From positions 50,430 to 114,429 of the forward strand of contig JBMFSQ010000006.1 of the NCBI GenBank assembly GCA_049967475.1: a stretch of 64,000 nt of DNA, written 5' to 3'. The DNA is from Chthonomonadales bacterium (GTDB taxonomy: Bacteria > Armatimonadota > Chthonomonadetes > Chthonomonadales > CAJBBX01). This document shows, piece by piece, positions 9,417 through 18,214 of the stretch. Below the pieces are notes generated by a model. The model had not been told where the DNA came from and ran no database searches. It worked only from the letters and a program-made list of their open reading frames with translations. A program made the translations under genes and the position numbers. The stretch's first letter is position 1. The number at the start of each line of letters is the position of its first letter.

Positions 9417-10805
9417 ATGATTGCGCCGCTGCATACAGACACACTGCGCCAGTTGAAGATCGGCACCTCATGGGTGCGGGGTGTCGTGGGCGAAGCGCTG
9501 ACACCGGAATTGGTGGTAGATTTCGCGTGCGCCTTCGGCACCTGGTGTGATGGCGGTGTGGTGGTGCTCGGGTGCGACACGCGCCAATCCTCGCCGCTTC
9601 TGCGCGCGGCAGTCCTCAGCGGGCTGATATCGTGCGGATGTGAAGTGGTGGATCTGGGGGTATGCCCTACGCCGCTCGTGTCTTTTGCCGTGCGGGAACG
9701 GGGAGCCGCAGGCGGCATCTCGATCAGCGGAAGCCACAACAGCGCCCGGTGGAATGCGCTCAAATTCCTTGGACCCGATGGCGCCCTCCTCAACGCGGTG
9801 CTCAGTGAGGAGCTCCTCGATATCTATCACGCCTCGGCCTTCGTTCAGGCGGACTGGCAGAACCTTCGGAAGACCACTTCGGCTCCCGGCGTGTTGGACC
9901 GGTATCTGGATCACCTTGTGGCCGGATTGGACGTGGAACAGATCCGCAGCCGAGGGTACCGTGTAGCGATAGATCTGTGCAATGGCGCATGCGGGGCTGC
10001 CGCAAAGGCATTTCTCACGCGGTTGGGGTGTAGCGTCTTCCCTCTTAACGACGAGCCGAGCGGCGAATTCGCCCATGCCCCGGCTCCGTCCCCGGCCAAT
10101 ATGCGCCAGCTCGCCGCACTCATGCGCTGCCTCGGCGCCGATCTGGGGGCCTCCATCAACATAGATGGGGACCGCATCGGCTTTGTAACCCACGATGGGA
10201 CCCCCCTCTCTGAGGAGTACGCCCTGCCCCTGGCTGCCCGCAACGTGCTGGCGAAGCAGGCCGGACCCGTTGTAACGACGTACTCCACTTCGTCCATGGT
10301 GGATGCCATCGCTCGAGAGTTTGGCCAGGAGGTGATCCGAACCTCGGTGGGCGAGGGGTATGTGGTAGACCGGGCACTGGCGGAGGAAGCTGTGATTGCC
10401 GGCGAGGGAAGCGGCGGCGTGGCGGTGCTCAGCATCACACCTACCTTCGACGCCCTGGCTACATTGGGCGTGGTGTTGGAGGAGATGGCGCGCACAGGCA
10501 AGACGTTGGCTGAGATGGCATCGTTGTTGCCGTCGCGCGCCATGCGCAAGGGAGAGTTAGGCGCTGCGCCCGACGTTGTGTACCGAGTGGTGGAGGGCTT
10601 TCGCAAGAAGTATGCAGGGGCCAACCCCAATACCGCCGACGGTGTGAGGGTGGATTGGCCAGACGCATGGCTCCACGTAAGGGCGTCCAACACGGAACCT
10701 TTGTTGCGGGTGATTATTGAGGCGGCAAGCGCAGAGCGGGCGGACGAACTCTTTGAACAAGCCATGACCCTGGCGCGCCGCCTGGCTTTTGGTGTAGGGA
10801 TGTGA
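9417..10805 (+). CDS. Phosphohexomutase (PMM/PGM/GlmM family), copy 1
   Basis: GTSWVRG, phosphoserine loop SGSHN, metal loop NIDGDR, GEGSGG and RASNTEP. AGGAGG RBS. Confidence 0.92.
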   Translation: MIAPLHTDTLRQLKIGTSWVRGVVGEALTPELVVDFACAFGTWCDGGVVVLGCDTRQSSPLLRAAVLSGLISCGCEVVDLGVCPTPLVSFAVRERGAAGGISISGSHNSARWNALKFLGPDGALLNAVLSEELLDIYHASAFVQADWQNLRKTTSAPGVLDRYLDHLVAGLDVEQIRSRGYRVAIDLCNGACGAAAKAFLTRLGCSVFPLNDEPSGEFAHAPAPSPANMRQLAALMRCLGADLGASINIDGDRIGFVTHDGTPLSEEYALPLAARNVLAKQAGPVVTTYSTSSMVDAIAREFGQEVIRTSVGEGYVVDRALAEEAVIAGEGSGGVAVLSITPTFDALATLGVVLEEMARTGKTLAEMASLLPSRAMRKGELGAAPDVVYRVVEGFRKKYAGANPNTADGVRVDWPDAWLHVRASNTEPLLRVIIEAASAERADELFEQAMTLARRLAFGVGM

Positions 10806-10845
10806 GGCGCCGATCGGCATGGTCGGCAGGGATGGGGGGAACACG

Positions 10846-12198
10846 ATGCGCAAGCCGCTGTCACTGAAGATTGGCATCTCGGGAGTGCGGGGCGTGGTAG
10901 GCGATTCTCTTACGCCGCAACTGGTTACGGCGTTCTCCGCCGCCTTTGGTGCCCATGTCGGAGCCGGACCCATCGCGATCGGCACCGACAGCCGCCCGTC
11001 GCGTGAGATGGTCAAACAAGCCGTCATCGCCGGCCTCTTGAGCGTAGGATGCGCTCCCGTAGATTTAGGCATCGTGCCGGTGCCCGCGCTTCAGCTCTAC
11101 GTGCGGCAATCCGGCGCATTCGGGGGTATCTGCATTACCGCAAGCCATAACCCCATCGAATGGAATGCCCTGAAGTTCTTCGGTCCCGACGGCATCTTGC
11201 TTCGGCCCAACCAGGCTGTAGAGCTTACGGATCTGTACCACCAGGGCGTGTATCCGCGCGTTGCCTACAAGGATCTGGCTGATGTGAGGGTAGACGGCAC
11301 TGCGGCTCTGCGTCACCATCGCGCAGTTCAGGCAGCGGTGGATCTGGAACGCATACGGGCGCGGCGCTTCCGTGTAGTGGTGGATTGTTGTAACGGAGCG
11401 GCATCCCGCTCGACACCCGCATTCTTAAGGAACTTGGGCTGCGAGGTCACAGAGCTCTATACCGACCCGGATAAGCCCTTTCCGCACAATCCGGAACCCT
11501 TGCCGGAGAATATCGGAGCCCTTTGCACGCGGGTGAAGGAGATTGGCGCCGACATTGGCTTTGTACAGGATGCCGATGCGGACCGTTTGGCTGTAGTCAA
11601 CGAAAAGGGCGAGCCTTTGGGTGAGGAGTGCACTCTTGCGCTGGCGGTGCGCCATATGTTGCGCAAGCGGGTGGGACCCGTCGTTGTGAATGTGTCTACC
11701 AGTAGGATGGTGGACGACGTGGCGGCAGAGTTTGGTGTTCCTGTGTACCGCACCCGCGTGGGCGAGATCAATGTAGTGGAGAAGATGTTCGAGGTGGATG
11801 CCCAGGTGGGTGGAGAGGGAAATGGAGGAGTGATCGTGCCGGCCATCAATCCCTGCAGGGACAGCTTCGTGGGGATGGCGCTGATCCTCGAAAGCCTGGC
11901 CGAGGAAGAGTGCACCATAAGCCAGTTGAGGGCAAGGATACCGGAATACGCCATCGTCAAGGCGAAGGCGGATTTCGCTGCGCGTGAGATTGGGCCGGCG
12001 CTGAAGCGCTTCCAGGAAGCCTACCGCGGGGAGAGGCTGGATTTGACGGATGGCGTGAAGGTAGTTTGGGACGATCGCTGGGTGCAGGCGCGAGGATCCA
12101 ATACCGAACCCATCATCCGCGTGACCGCCGAGGCTCCCGACGAGGAGGGGGCGCGCAAGCTCGTAGACGAGGCATTGGCCCGATTGCGGGGCCAATAG
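10846..12198 (+). CDS. Phosphohexomutase (PMM/PGM/GlmM family), copy 2
   Basis: GISGVRG, TASHNP, DADADR, GGEGNGG and RGSNTEP. Confidence 0.95.
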   Translation: MRKPLSLKIGISGVRGVVGDSLTPQLVTAFSAAFGAHVGAGPIAIGTDSRPSREMVKQAVIAGLLSVGCAPVDLGIVPVPALQLYVRQSGAFGGICITASHNPIEWNALKFFGPDGILLRPNQAVELTDLYHQGVYPRVAYKDLADVRVDGTAALRHHRAVQAAVDLERIRARRFRVVVDCCNGAASRSTPAFLRNLGCEVTELYTDPDKPFPHNPEPLPENIGALCTRVKEIGADIGFVQDADADRLAVVNEKGEPLGEECTLALAVRHMLRKRVGPVVVNVSTSRMVDDVAAEFGVPVYRTRVGEINVVEKMFEVDAQVGGEGNGGVIVPAINPCRDSFVGMALILESLAEEECTISQLRARIPEYAIVKAKADFAAREIGPALKRFQEAYRGERLDLTDGVKVVWDDRWVQARGSNTEPIIRVTAEAPDEEGARKLVDEALARLRGQ

Positions 12199-12395
12199 TC
12201 CTCGCAACGCGCCTCAGGTGCACGGGTGATCCCGCATGCTGCCTGGGTGGAGGAGTCGGCGGATACCGATGCACCGGATCTGTGGATTAGGGTCGCGGGG
12301 AAGTTCGACTTTTGCGGGTGGGTTTGGCGTTGGTTCAGACTGCGGAGAAGGCGGGGCACACATCGTCCCCGCCTTCGCGATTACCATGCGCCGGG

Positions 12396-12773
12396 TTACC
12401 AGCGCCGGCCGCCTCCGCCTCCGCGGTTGCCGCCACGGCCGCCGCCCCCGCCTCCGCGGTTGCCGCCGCCGTAGCCACCCCCGCCGCCTCCGCCGCCGCC
12501 ATACCCTCGACCTCCTCCGCCTCCGCTGCGCTCACGCGCTTCGTTCACGCTGAGGGTACGGCCGCCCATTTGGGTGCCGTTGAGGGCCTGAATGGCCTTG
12601 TCGGCCTCGTCGTCGTTGGCCATCTCCACGAAGCCAAAGCCCTTGGCTTGACCGGTGAAGCGGTCTGATACGATGTGAATGTCGGTGACCTGGCCGAACT
12701 GGCCGAAGAGGCTCTCCAGGTCCTGGTCGTGGGCTGAATAGGGCAGGCCGCCCACGTAGATACGCTTTGCCAC
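12396..12773 (-). CDS. RRM RNA-binding protein with Gly/Arg-rich tail
   Basis: GTG start with AAAGGAG RBS. RNP2 IYVGGL, RNP1 KGFGFVEM, and C-terminal GGGGRGYGGG/GGNRGGG repeats. Confidence 0.95.
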   Translation of the reverse strand: MAKRIYVGGLPYSAHDQDLESLFGQFGQVTDIHIVSDRFTGQAKGFGFVEMANDDEADKAIQALNGTQMGGRTLSVNEARERSGGGGGRGYGGGGGGGGGYGGGNRGGGGGGRGGNRGGGGGRRW

Positions 12774-13033
12774 TGATGGCTCCTTTGATTGAATAGCGTC
12801 CGGTTCTGTTGGCAGTTGATCCCGGAACGCAGAGAACTGATACGGGCCGCCGCGCGCCGCCGCCCACTGCCAGTGCCCCGATTCCCCCAAAAGACCGGCT
12901 GCGGTCGCCGCGGCCCCGCGCAGAATGAGCCGCAAAGCACAACCTCCGTCCCTTCGCGCGTACGCTCTGAGACGGAGGCCCCGTACAGATGTAGTCACGC
13001 AGGCGGAATCAGAATTCCTATACTGGTACCCCC

Positions 13034-13062
13034 ATTATAACGCGACCGCGGCCGGCCGTCAA
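13034..13062 (-). promoter_or_regulatory. Near-consensus sigma70 promoter for the RRM gene
   Basis: Minus strand TTGACG (13062-13057), 17-nt spacer, TATAAT (13039-13034). Confidence 0.8.
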
Positions 13063-13141
13063 CCGTTTGACGGAGGCAATTTCATTAGTTGGCCGCCGAA
13101 TATGGATCGCAGACGCATGGAACGGGTATCCTGAGCCCACC

Positions 13142-14161
13142 ATGGCACTTCATGCGGAGATCCACCGGCATTTGGGCGGGGCGGTCGTTCCCCGCATCTT
13201 CTGGCGCTTCTTGGTGCGCACCGGCCATCCCTTGGCCGCCGATTACCCGTCGTACGAGAGCCTGGAAGCCTTCGTAACGCGTCCCCGGGCAAGCCTCGCG
13301 GAGTATCTGGAGCTCCATACTCTTGTGGAGAGCGTTCAAACGATGGACACGCTGGAATACTTCGTGTCCAAACTGGTGCGGGGAGCCTACGTCTTCGAGT
13401 CGATCTGCTACCTGGAGTTGAGGCACACCCCGTATTACCGCACCGACGCCACACGTTCTCAGGACGAGCGCATCGTGCAGATGAAGAATGTGGTTGAGCG
13501 CATCTCCCGCGCTGCCCGCCAGCCGGATTATCCCCTTGTCATGAGGCAGATCTTGTGCATGCACAGCCGCCTGCCGTATGAAGTCAATCGGGCCATTCTG
13601 GAATTGGCCGCTCAAGAGCGTGACGCAGTGTGCGGCCTGGATTTGGCGGGCCCCGATGTGCTGTACGGCGAGCGAATGGATGAGTTCGTGCAGCTCTTCC
13701 GGGCAGCCAAGGAAATGGGCCTCAAAACCACCGCCCATCTTTTCGAAACGCCAAACGGCTGCTTCCCGCAGCTACTTCCCTATCTGGATCGCATCGGGCA
13801 CGGCATCCAGATCCCCCTGATGCATCCGGGCCTCTTGAAGGATGTGGCGTCTCGCGGCCAGTGCCTCGAGGTTTGCCCCACCACCTACCTTAAAACGGGC
13901 ACTCTTCGGCACATCCGCGAGCTTCGACCGGTATTCGACCGGTGCGCAGATGCCGGCGTTGATGTAGTATTGTGCACGGACAATGCCGGGCTTCACAATG
14001 TGCGTTTGCCGGCGGAGATCGAGAACCTGCTCACCGAGGATGTGATAGACTTCGCCCAGCTTCGGGCTTGCGAAGAAGCAGCCTTTCGCCACGCATTCGC
14101 GTGGCCGCTCCCGCATCCGCCCCAGAGGGTTCTCGCGGACCTAAGCACGGGCGCTTGGTAA
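13142..14161 (+). CDS. Adenosine/AMP deaminase family protein
   Basis: HxH motif EIHRHLGG, GLDLAGPD, AHLFE, RIGHG, LEVCPT and CTDN. Confidence 0.85.
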   Translation: MALHAEIHRHLGGAVVPRIFWRFLVRTGHPLAADYPSYESLEAFVTRPRASLAEYLELHTLVESVQTMDTLEYFVSKLVRGAYVFESICYLELRHTPYYRTDATRSQDERIVQMKNVVERISRAARQPDYPLVMRQILCMHSRLPYEVNRAILELAAQERDAVCGLDLAGPDVLYGERMDEFVQLFRAAKEMGLKTTAHLFETPNGCFPQLLPYLDRIGHGIQIPLMHPGLLKDVASRGQCLEVCPTTYLKTGTLRHIRELRPVFDRCADAGVDVVLCTDNAGLHNVRLPAEIENLLTEDVIDFAQLRACEEAAFRHAFAWPLPHPPQRVLADLSTGAW

Positions 14162-14166
14162 GGAGA

Positions 14167-16302
14167 TTAGGCCGCCCGTTGGCGAATTGCGGATGCCCGA
14201 ACGATGGTGATGCGCGCGTCGCTTGCCGCCCTGCGCGCCTCACGGATCAGGCGATTGATCTCGCGGCACGTTATGCCGGGGTCCCCAAACATCTCAACAC
14301 CGCGGATCTTGAGGGCGAGTGGCGGAATGGGATCGCGAGATCCTTCGTCGCCGGAGCAAACACGGTCCGTGCGGCGTGGTTGCAGGCGGGGGCCGAGGGC
14401 CTTGAACTCGCCTACTGCCAGAAGCGCGAAGCTGCGGGCAGCCTCGGGCGGCGCAAGGATCAGAAAGTGATCCGCGCCGAGGTGGCCTAGGAAGCCCCCC
14501 GTCATTTGAAGGCTGCAGAGAACTTTCTCTAGAAGCTTGGCGAGCTCGCAGATCACTTCGTCGCCACGTGCGAGGCCATAGACTTCGTTGAAGTCCGCAA
14601 AGTGGTCTACCTCGGTGATGAGCAGTACCAGCGCTTCACCGCTCTGGATCCTCCGCTTGGCTTCATGCTCGCTTACAGCTTTTCCCGGGAGACCCGTTAG
14701 GGGAGAAATGTGCCGGGCATGGTTGGTTTTGAGTGTAGCGATCGCGGCCATTAGGTCTCGTACGGGCAGGACGCCCACGTACTGGTCTTGTTCCGTCACC
14801 ACAAGGTCGCCCCCGAAGCGACCTTCGGGAAGGTAGCTGATGCGGTGGGGCACCTCGTCCACCGGAAGGTGGGCAGGAATGGTGACCGGTTGCGGGTCCA
14901 TAAGGGAAGCTGCCGTGGCGGTCTCCGCTACCCCACTCAATGCGGCGCTTTCCATCTTGTCGCGGGTGATGATGCCCGCCACATGAACGTCATCCAGCAC
15001 GACGATGCACGTGAGGTCGGCGTCTTTTGCGAACTTGCGGGCTACCTCCGACAGCGGAGCCTCCCTTGGAACCGTGATGCCGGATCGGGCAATCTCCCGA
15101 ACTGGGTAGGGTCGGCCTGTGGTTCGGTGCCGCACGTGTTCATAACGCTGGCGAAGCACCTGTTGAACGGATTTGCGCAAGGGCTTGAACAGGTCGTTCG
15201 GCCGGCCAAGGTAATATCCCTGGCCGTAGGCAACTCCAGCGTCAATCACCGCAGCGAGTTCATCGCGCGTTTCGATGCCTTCGGCGACGATTGCCGTGCC
15301 GATGTGATCGGCCAGGCATGCAAGGGCTCCGAGGAGCGCGCGGCGCATCCCGCTGTTGCGCAGGGATCGCACCAAGGAACGCTCCACTTTGATGTAATCC
15401 GGGCGCATCTCGGCGATCGCCTCGAGGCTGCTGTACCCGTTGCCGGCATCATCTATTGCCAGCATGAACCCTTGGGCGCGGAGCCATTCCACGTACTCGA
15501 GCAGGCGAGGGAAATCGTCCACCGCTTGCCTTTCGGTGATCTCGAGGACTACGTTGCGGGGCGAGATGCCGACCTCGTGAGCGGCTGCGGCCAAAGATCG
15601 GTCTGCGAGGTGGAGAAAAGCCAGACCTTCCGCATCCATGTTCACGAAGAGCTTCTCGTGCACGTCGTGTCGGGCTGCTTCTTCAAAGCACTTCTGCTGG
15701 CACGCCACATCCAGCCATGACACCAGACGTGCCTTGTCGGCCGTTTTGAAGAGCGCCCCCGGCTTATTGAGGATGGCATTCTTGGGCCCGCGGATGAGCG
15801 CTTCATAGCCGTGGATGCGGGCTGAGGCCAAATCTACGATGGGCTGGAACTGCACGCAGAGACGGTCCTGAAGCAGCGTCTCCAGCAATTCATTGAGCTC
15901 AGCGATATTCTGTTGAACGGTGCTGATGGAGGATGCGTACGTCAGGGGCACGATCACCGGGTCCTGGGCAGGGGGTCCGGTTTCGGACAGCGGCTGGTCC
16001 AGCGCCAGGTTGCTGCGTAGGAGCATCAGCACCGAATGGATGAAAAAGGGATCGAAGGGCTGCCCGCTGCGCGGCGTGACCACGGCTGCTATCGTTTGGG
16101 CATCCATGGGGAAGGTGTCTATGAGCGCAGGCTCGAGCAGGATGCCCTGGAGGATGTTCTCGATGAGGGAGGCTGTTTGAGGCGGCACGCGGTCTGGCGC
16201 GGAGAAGCGCACCATGAAGGCCATGGAGCAGTTCTGCATCCGGTCTACAAAACGCCGGACCGGTTCCGGCGAGACCAGCGGCTCGGTTGGTGGCGCATCC
16301 AT
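14167..16302 (-). CDS. EAL-CBS-GGDEF(degenerate) c-di-GMP signalling protein
   Basis: YEALIRG, LFVN, LEITE, IDDAGNGYSSL, VAEGIE and QGYY; then a CBS pair; then a GGDEF-like domain with GADHF in place of GGDEF. Longest ORF starts at 16368. Confidence 0.9.
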   Translation of the reverse strand: MDAPPTEPLVSPEPVRRFVDRMQNCSMAFMVRFSAPDRVPPQTASLIENILQGILLEPALIDTFPMDAQTIAAVVTPRSGQPFDPFFIHSVLMLLRSNLALDQPLSETGPPAQDPVIVPLTYASSISTVQQNIAELNELLETLLQDRLCVQFQPIVDLASARIHGYEALIRGPKNAILNKPGALFKTADKARLVSWLDVACQQKCFEEAARHDVHEKLFVNMDAEGLAFLHLADRSLAAAAHEVGISPRNVVLEITERQAVDDFPRLLEYVEWLRAQGFMLAIDDAGNGYSSLEAIAEMRPDYIKVERSLVRSLRNSGMRRALLGALACLADHIGTAIVAEGIETRDELAAVIDAGVAYGQGYYLGRPNDLFKPLRKSVQQVLRQRYEHVRHRTTGRPYPVREIARSGITVPREAPLSEVARKFAKDADLTCIVVLDDVHVAGIITRDKMESAALSGVAETATAASLMDPQPVTIPAHLPVDEVPHRISYLPEGRFGGDLVVTEQDQYVGVLPVRDLMAAIATLKTNHARHISPLTGLPGKAVSEHEAKRRIQSGEALVLLITEVDHFADFNEVYGLARGDEVICELAKLLEKVLCSLQMTGGFLGHLGADHFLILAPPEAARSFALLAVGEFKALGPRLQPRRTDRVCSGDEGSRDPIPPLALKIRGVEMFGDPGITCREINRLIREARRAASDARITIVRASAIRQRAA

Positions 16303-16531
16303 ACGTCTCTCCGGCCTGGGCACGTCGTCATGATGTGCCGGTGGGCGCAGCGCAGGGCGGCGCCTCACTGATAGAGTTATCGGATCGTGCCTCGGCGAAC
16401 CTCAGAGTATTGGAGAGACCTGGGGTCTGTGATACAGGCAGCGCCAATCCCGCAGGGATCTCGGCCCGGTTGGGTTAACCTCAGATTACACAAGGTAGGA
16501 GGCCGATGACATGGCCGGAAAGGGGAGGACG

Positions 16532-17647
16532 GTGAAGATTACACAGATCCGGTGCTTCTGCGTAGAGCCGCGCTGGCTCTTTGTGAAGATCGAGACGGAC
16601 GAAGGGCTGTGCGGGTGGGGCGAGTGTTTGGGAGATAAGGCGTACGTCATTGCAGAGGCGGTGAGGTCCTTCGAGCACGCCCTTGTGGGAGAGGATCCCC
16701 GCAAGATCGTCCACCATTGGCAGAGCATGTATCGCGGCGCCTTTTGGCGCGGGGGGAGCACCCTCTGCGCGGCCATCAGCGGATTGGAGATGGCCTTATG
16801 GGACCTGCAGGGAAAGCGCCTCGGCGTGCCTGTTTACGAACTCCTTGGAGGTCCTACGCGGGATCGGGTGCGCGTGTACAGCAGGCCCCGCGGGTCTTCG
16901 CCGAAGGATCTGGCCGCCAGCGCCCGGGAAGTGGTGAAAGCGGGGTTCACGGCGCTGAAGTTCTGCCCCTTCGACCGCGTAAAGGCCGTGGATCACTATT
17001 CGGTTGTAGAAGAGGCCGCCGAGCGGGTACAGGCTGTACGCGATGCCGTGGGAAGCGGAGTTGATATCCTCTTGGACTTCCATGGCCGCCTCTCTCCGGC
17101 GATGGCGATCCTCATGGAGGAGGCCATGCGGGAGCATCATCCCTTCTTCATTGAGGAGCCGGTGCTGCCGGAGAATGTGGTTGAGCTGGAACGGGTGGCG
17201 CGTCAGTTCAAAACGCCTGTTGCTACCGGGGAGCGCCTTTTCACTAAGTGGGGATTTCGGGAAGTACTGGAACGCGGAGCGGCTTCCGTGCTGCAGCCGG
17301 ATCCGTGCATCTGTGGGGGCATCCTCGAGGCCGTCCACATTGCTGCGATGGCGGAATGTTATTACGCGTCGGTGGCACCTCACAATCCCTACGGCCCCGT
17401 CAACCTGGCAGCCGCGTTGCAGATTGACTGCGCTATTCCGAATTTTCTCCTCCAGGAGTATGTGCATCTGGGAGAGGGTTACCTCGTGAAGCCTTTCGAG
17501 GTAGAGGGTGGGTATATCCGCAGGCCGGAGGGACCCGGGCTGGGGATCGAAATAAACGAGGACTACCTACTTGAACGGCCCCTTGGTTCAAAGCCCGACG
17601 TGGGCCGGTGGTTCCATGCGGATGACGGGAGCGTAGCAGACTGGTAA
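16532..17647 (+). CDS. dgoD: Galactonate dehydratase-like enolase-superfamily enzyme
   Basis: PRWLFVKIETDEG, FWRGG, ALWDLQGK, LLDFHGR, FIEEP, TGERL, QPD and APHNPYGP. GTG start after GGAGG; upstream ATG at 16511 is possible. Exact substrate not established. Confidence 0.8.
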   Translation: MKITQIRCFCVEPRWLFVKIETDEGLCGWGECLGDKAYVIAEAVRSFEHALVGEDPRKIVHHWQSMYRGAFWRGGSTLCAAISGLEMALWDLQGKRLGVPVYELLGGPTRDRVRVYSRPRGSSPKDLAASAREVVKAGFTALKFCPFDRVKAVDHYSVVEEAAERVQAVRDAVGSGVDILLDFHGRLSPAMAILMEEAMREHHPFFIEEPVLPENVVELERVARQFKTPVATGERLFTKWGFREVLERGAASVLQPDPCICGGILEAVHIAAMAECYYASVAPHNPYGPVNLAAALQIDCAIPNFLLQEYVHLGEGYLVKPFEVEGGYIRRPEGPGLGIEINEDYLLERPLGSKPDVGRWFHADDGSVADW

Positions 17648-17649
17648 TC

Positions 17650-17699
17650 GCGGGCTGGGCGGGGGATGGGGGTTGGGCGGTCCCCCGCCGCCAGACCGC
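17650..17699. terminator. GC-rich inverted repeat between convergent dgoD and KGG genes
   Basis: GGCGGGGGA...TCCCCCGCC stem with further flanking pairing. No clear U-tract. Confidence 0.4.
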
Positions 17700-17709
17700 T
17701 GTGGTATCT

Positions 17710-17985
17710 TTATCGGCTTTCGCCGCCCTTCTTTCCGATATTGGCCATATGCCCGCGATCTTGCGACACGCGCTCGCCGCCCTTGCGGCCGATAGCGGCC
17801 ATATGCTCGCGGTCCTGGGCTACCTTCGTGCCGCCGCGGCGGCCGATTTCAGCCATGTGCTGCCGGTCCTGGCTGACTTTGGCACCGCCCTTGCGGCCGG
17901 CTGCGGCATGCCCTTCGGGATCGCCATGCCAGCCGCGTCCCTTCCGTTGGGACGTGTCCGCCGCTTGGACCTCCAGTTGTGTCAT
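17710..17985 (-). CDS. KGG-repeat general stress protein (GsiB/YciG-like)
   Basis: 18-aa tandem repeat of the form GRKGGxxVSQDRxHMAxI, about 3.5 copies. GGAGGT RBS. Confidence 0.88.
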   Translation of the reverse strand: MTQLEVQAADTSQRKGRGWHGDPEGHAAAGRKGGAKVSQDRQHMAEIGRRGGTKVAQDREHMAAIGRKGGERVSQDRGHMANIGKKGGESR

Positions 17986-18214
17986 GGTACTCACCTCCCA
18001 TACGGAGCAGTCCTACAGGCTCCGCACGCGTGAGGCCAGTGCAATCTTCACAGATCTCTGCGCCCCACTGTTCCCTCTTGGGGAGACATATTCAAGACGG
18101 AATTGCGCGGTCATTAGTTCCCGCAATAGGCTGCCCAGGCGCTGAGGCAAAACGGGTAGAATGGCCGTGACGCACGAATGAGATGCGGCAGATCTGCGCA
18201 ACGGGAGGGTGTGC

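Noticed and set aside
12399..12530. GCC-rich repeats including a 20-bp direct repeat (12415-12434 and 12448-12467)
   Set aside because: These encode the Gly-rich tail of the RRM protein. They are not a CRISPR array or mobile-element end.
13057..13072. Palindrome CGTCAA-CCGT-TTGACG as a divergent promoter pair or operator
   Set aside because: The minus-strand half is explained as the RRM -35. I found no matching -10 at proper spacing on the plus strand, so a second promoter is unsupported.
17710..17900. Regularly spaced repeats resembling an array
   Set aside because: Degenerate in-frame coding repeats of the KGG protein, with no unique spacers and no cas genes.
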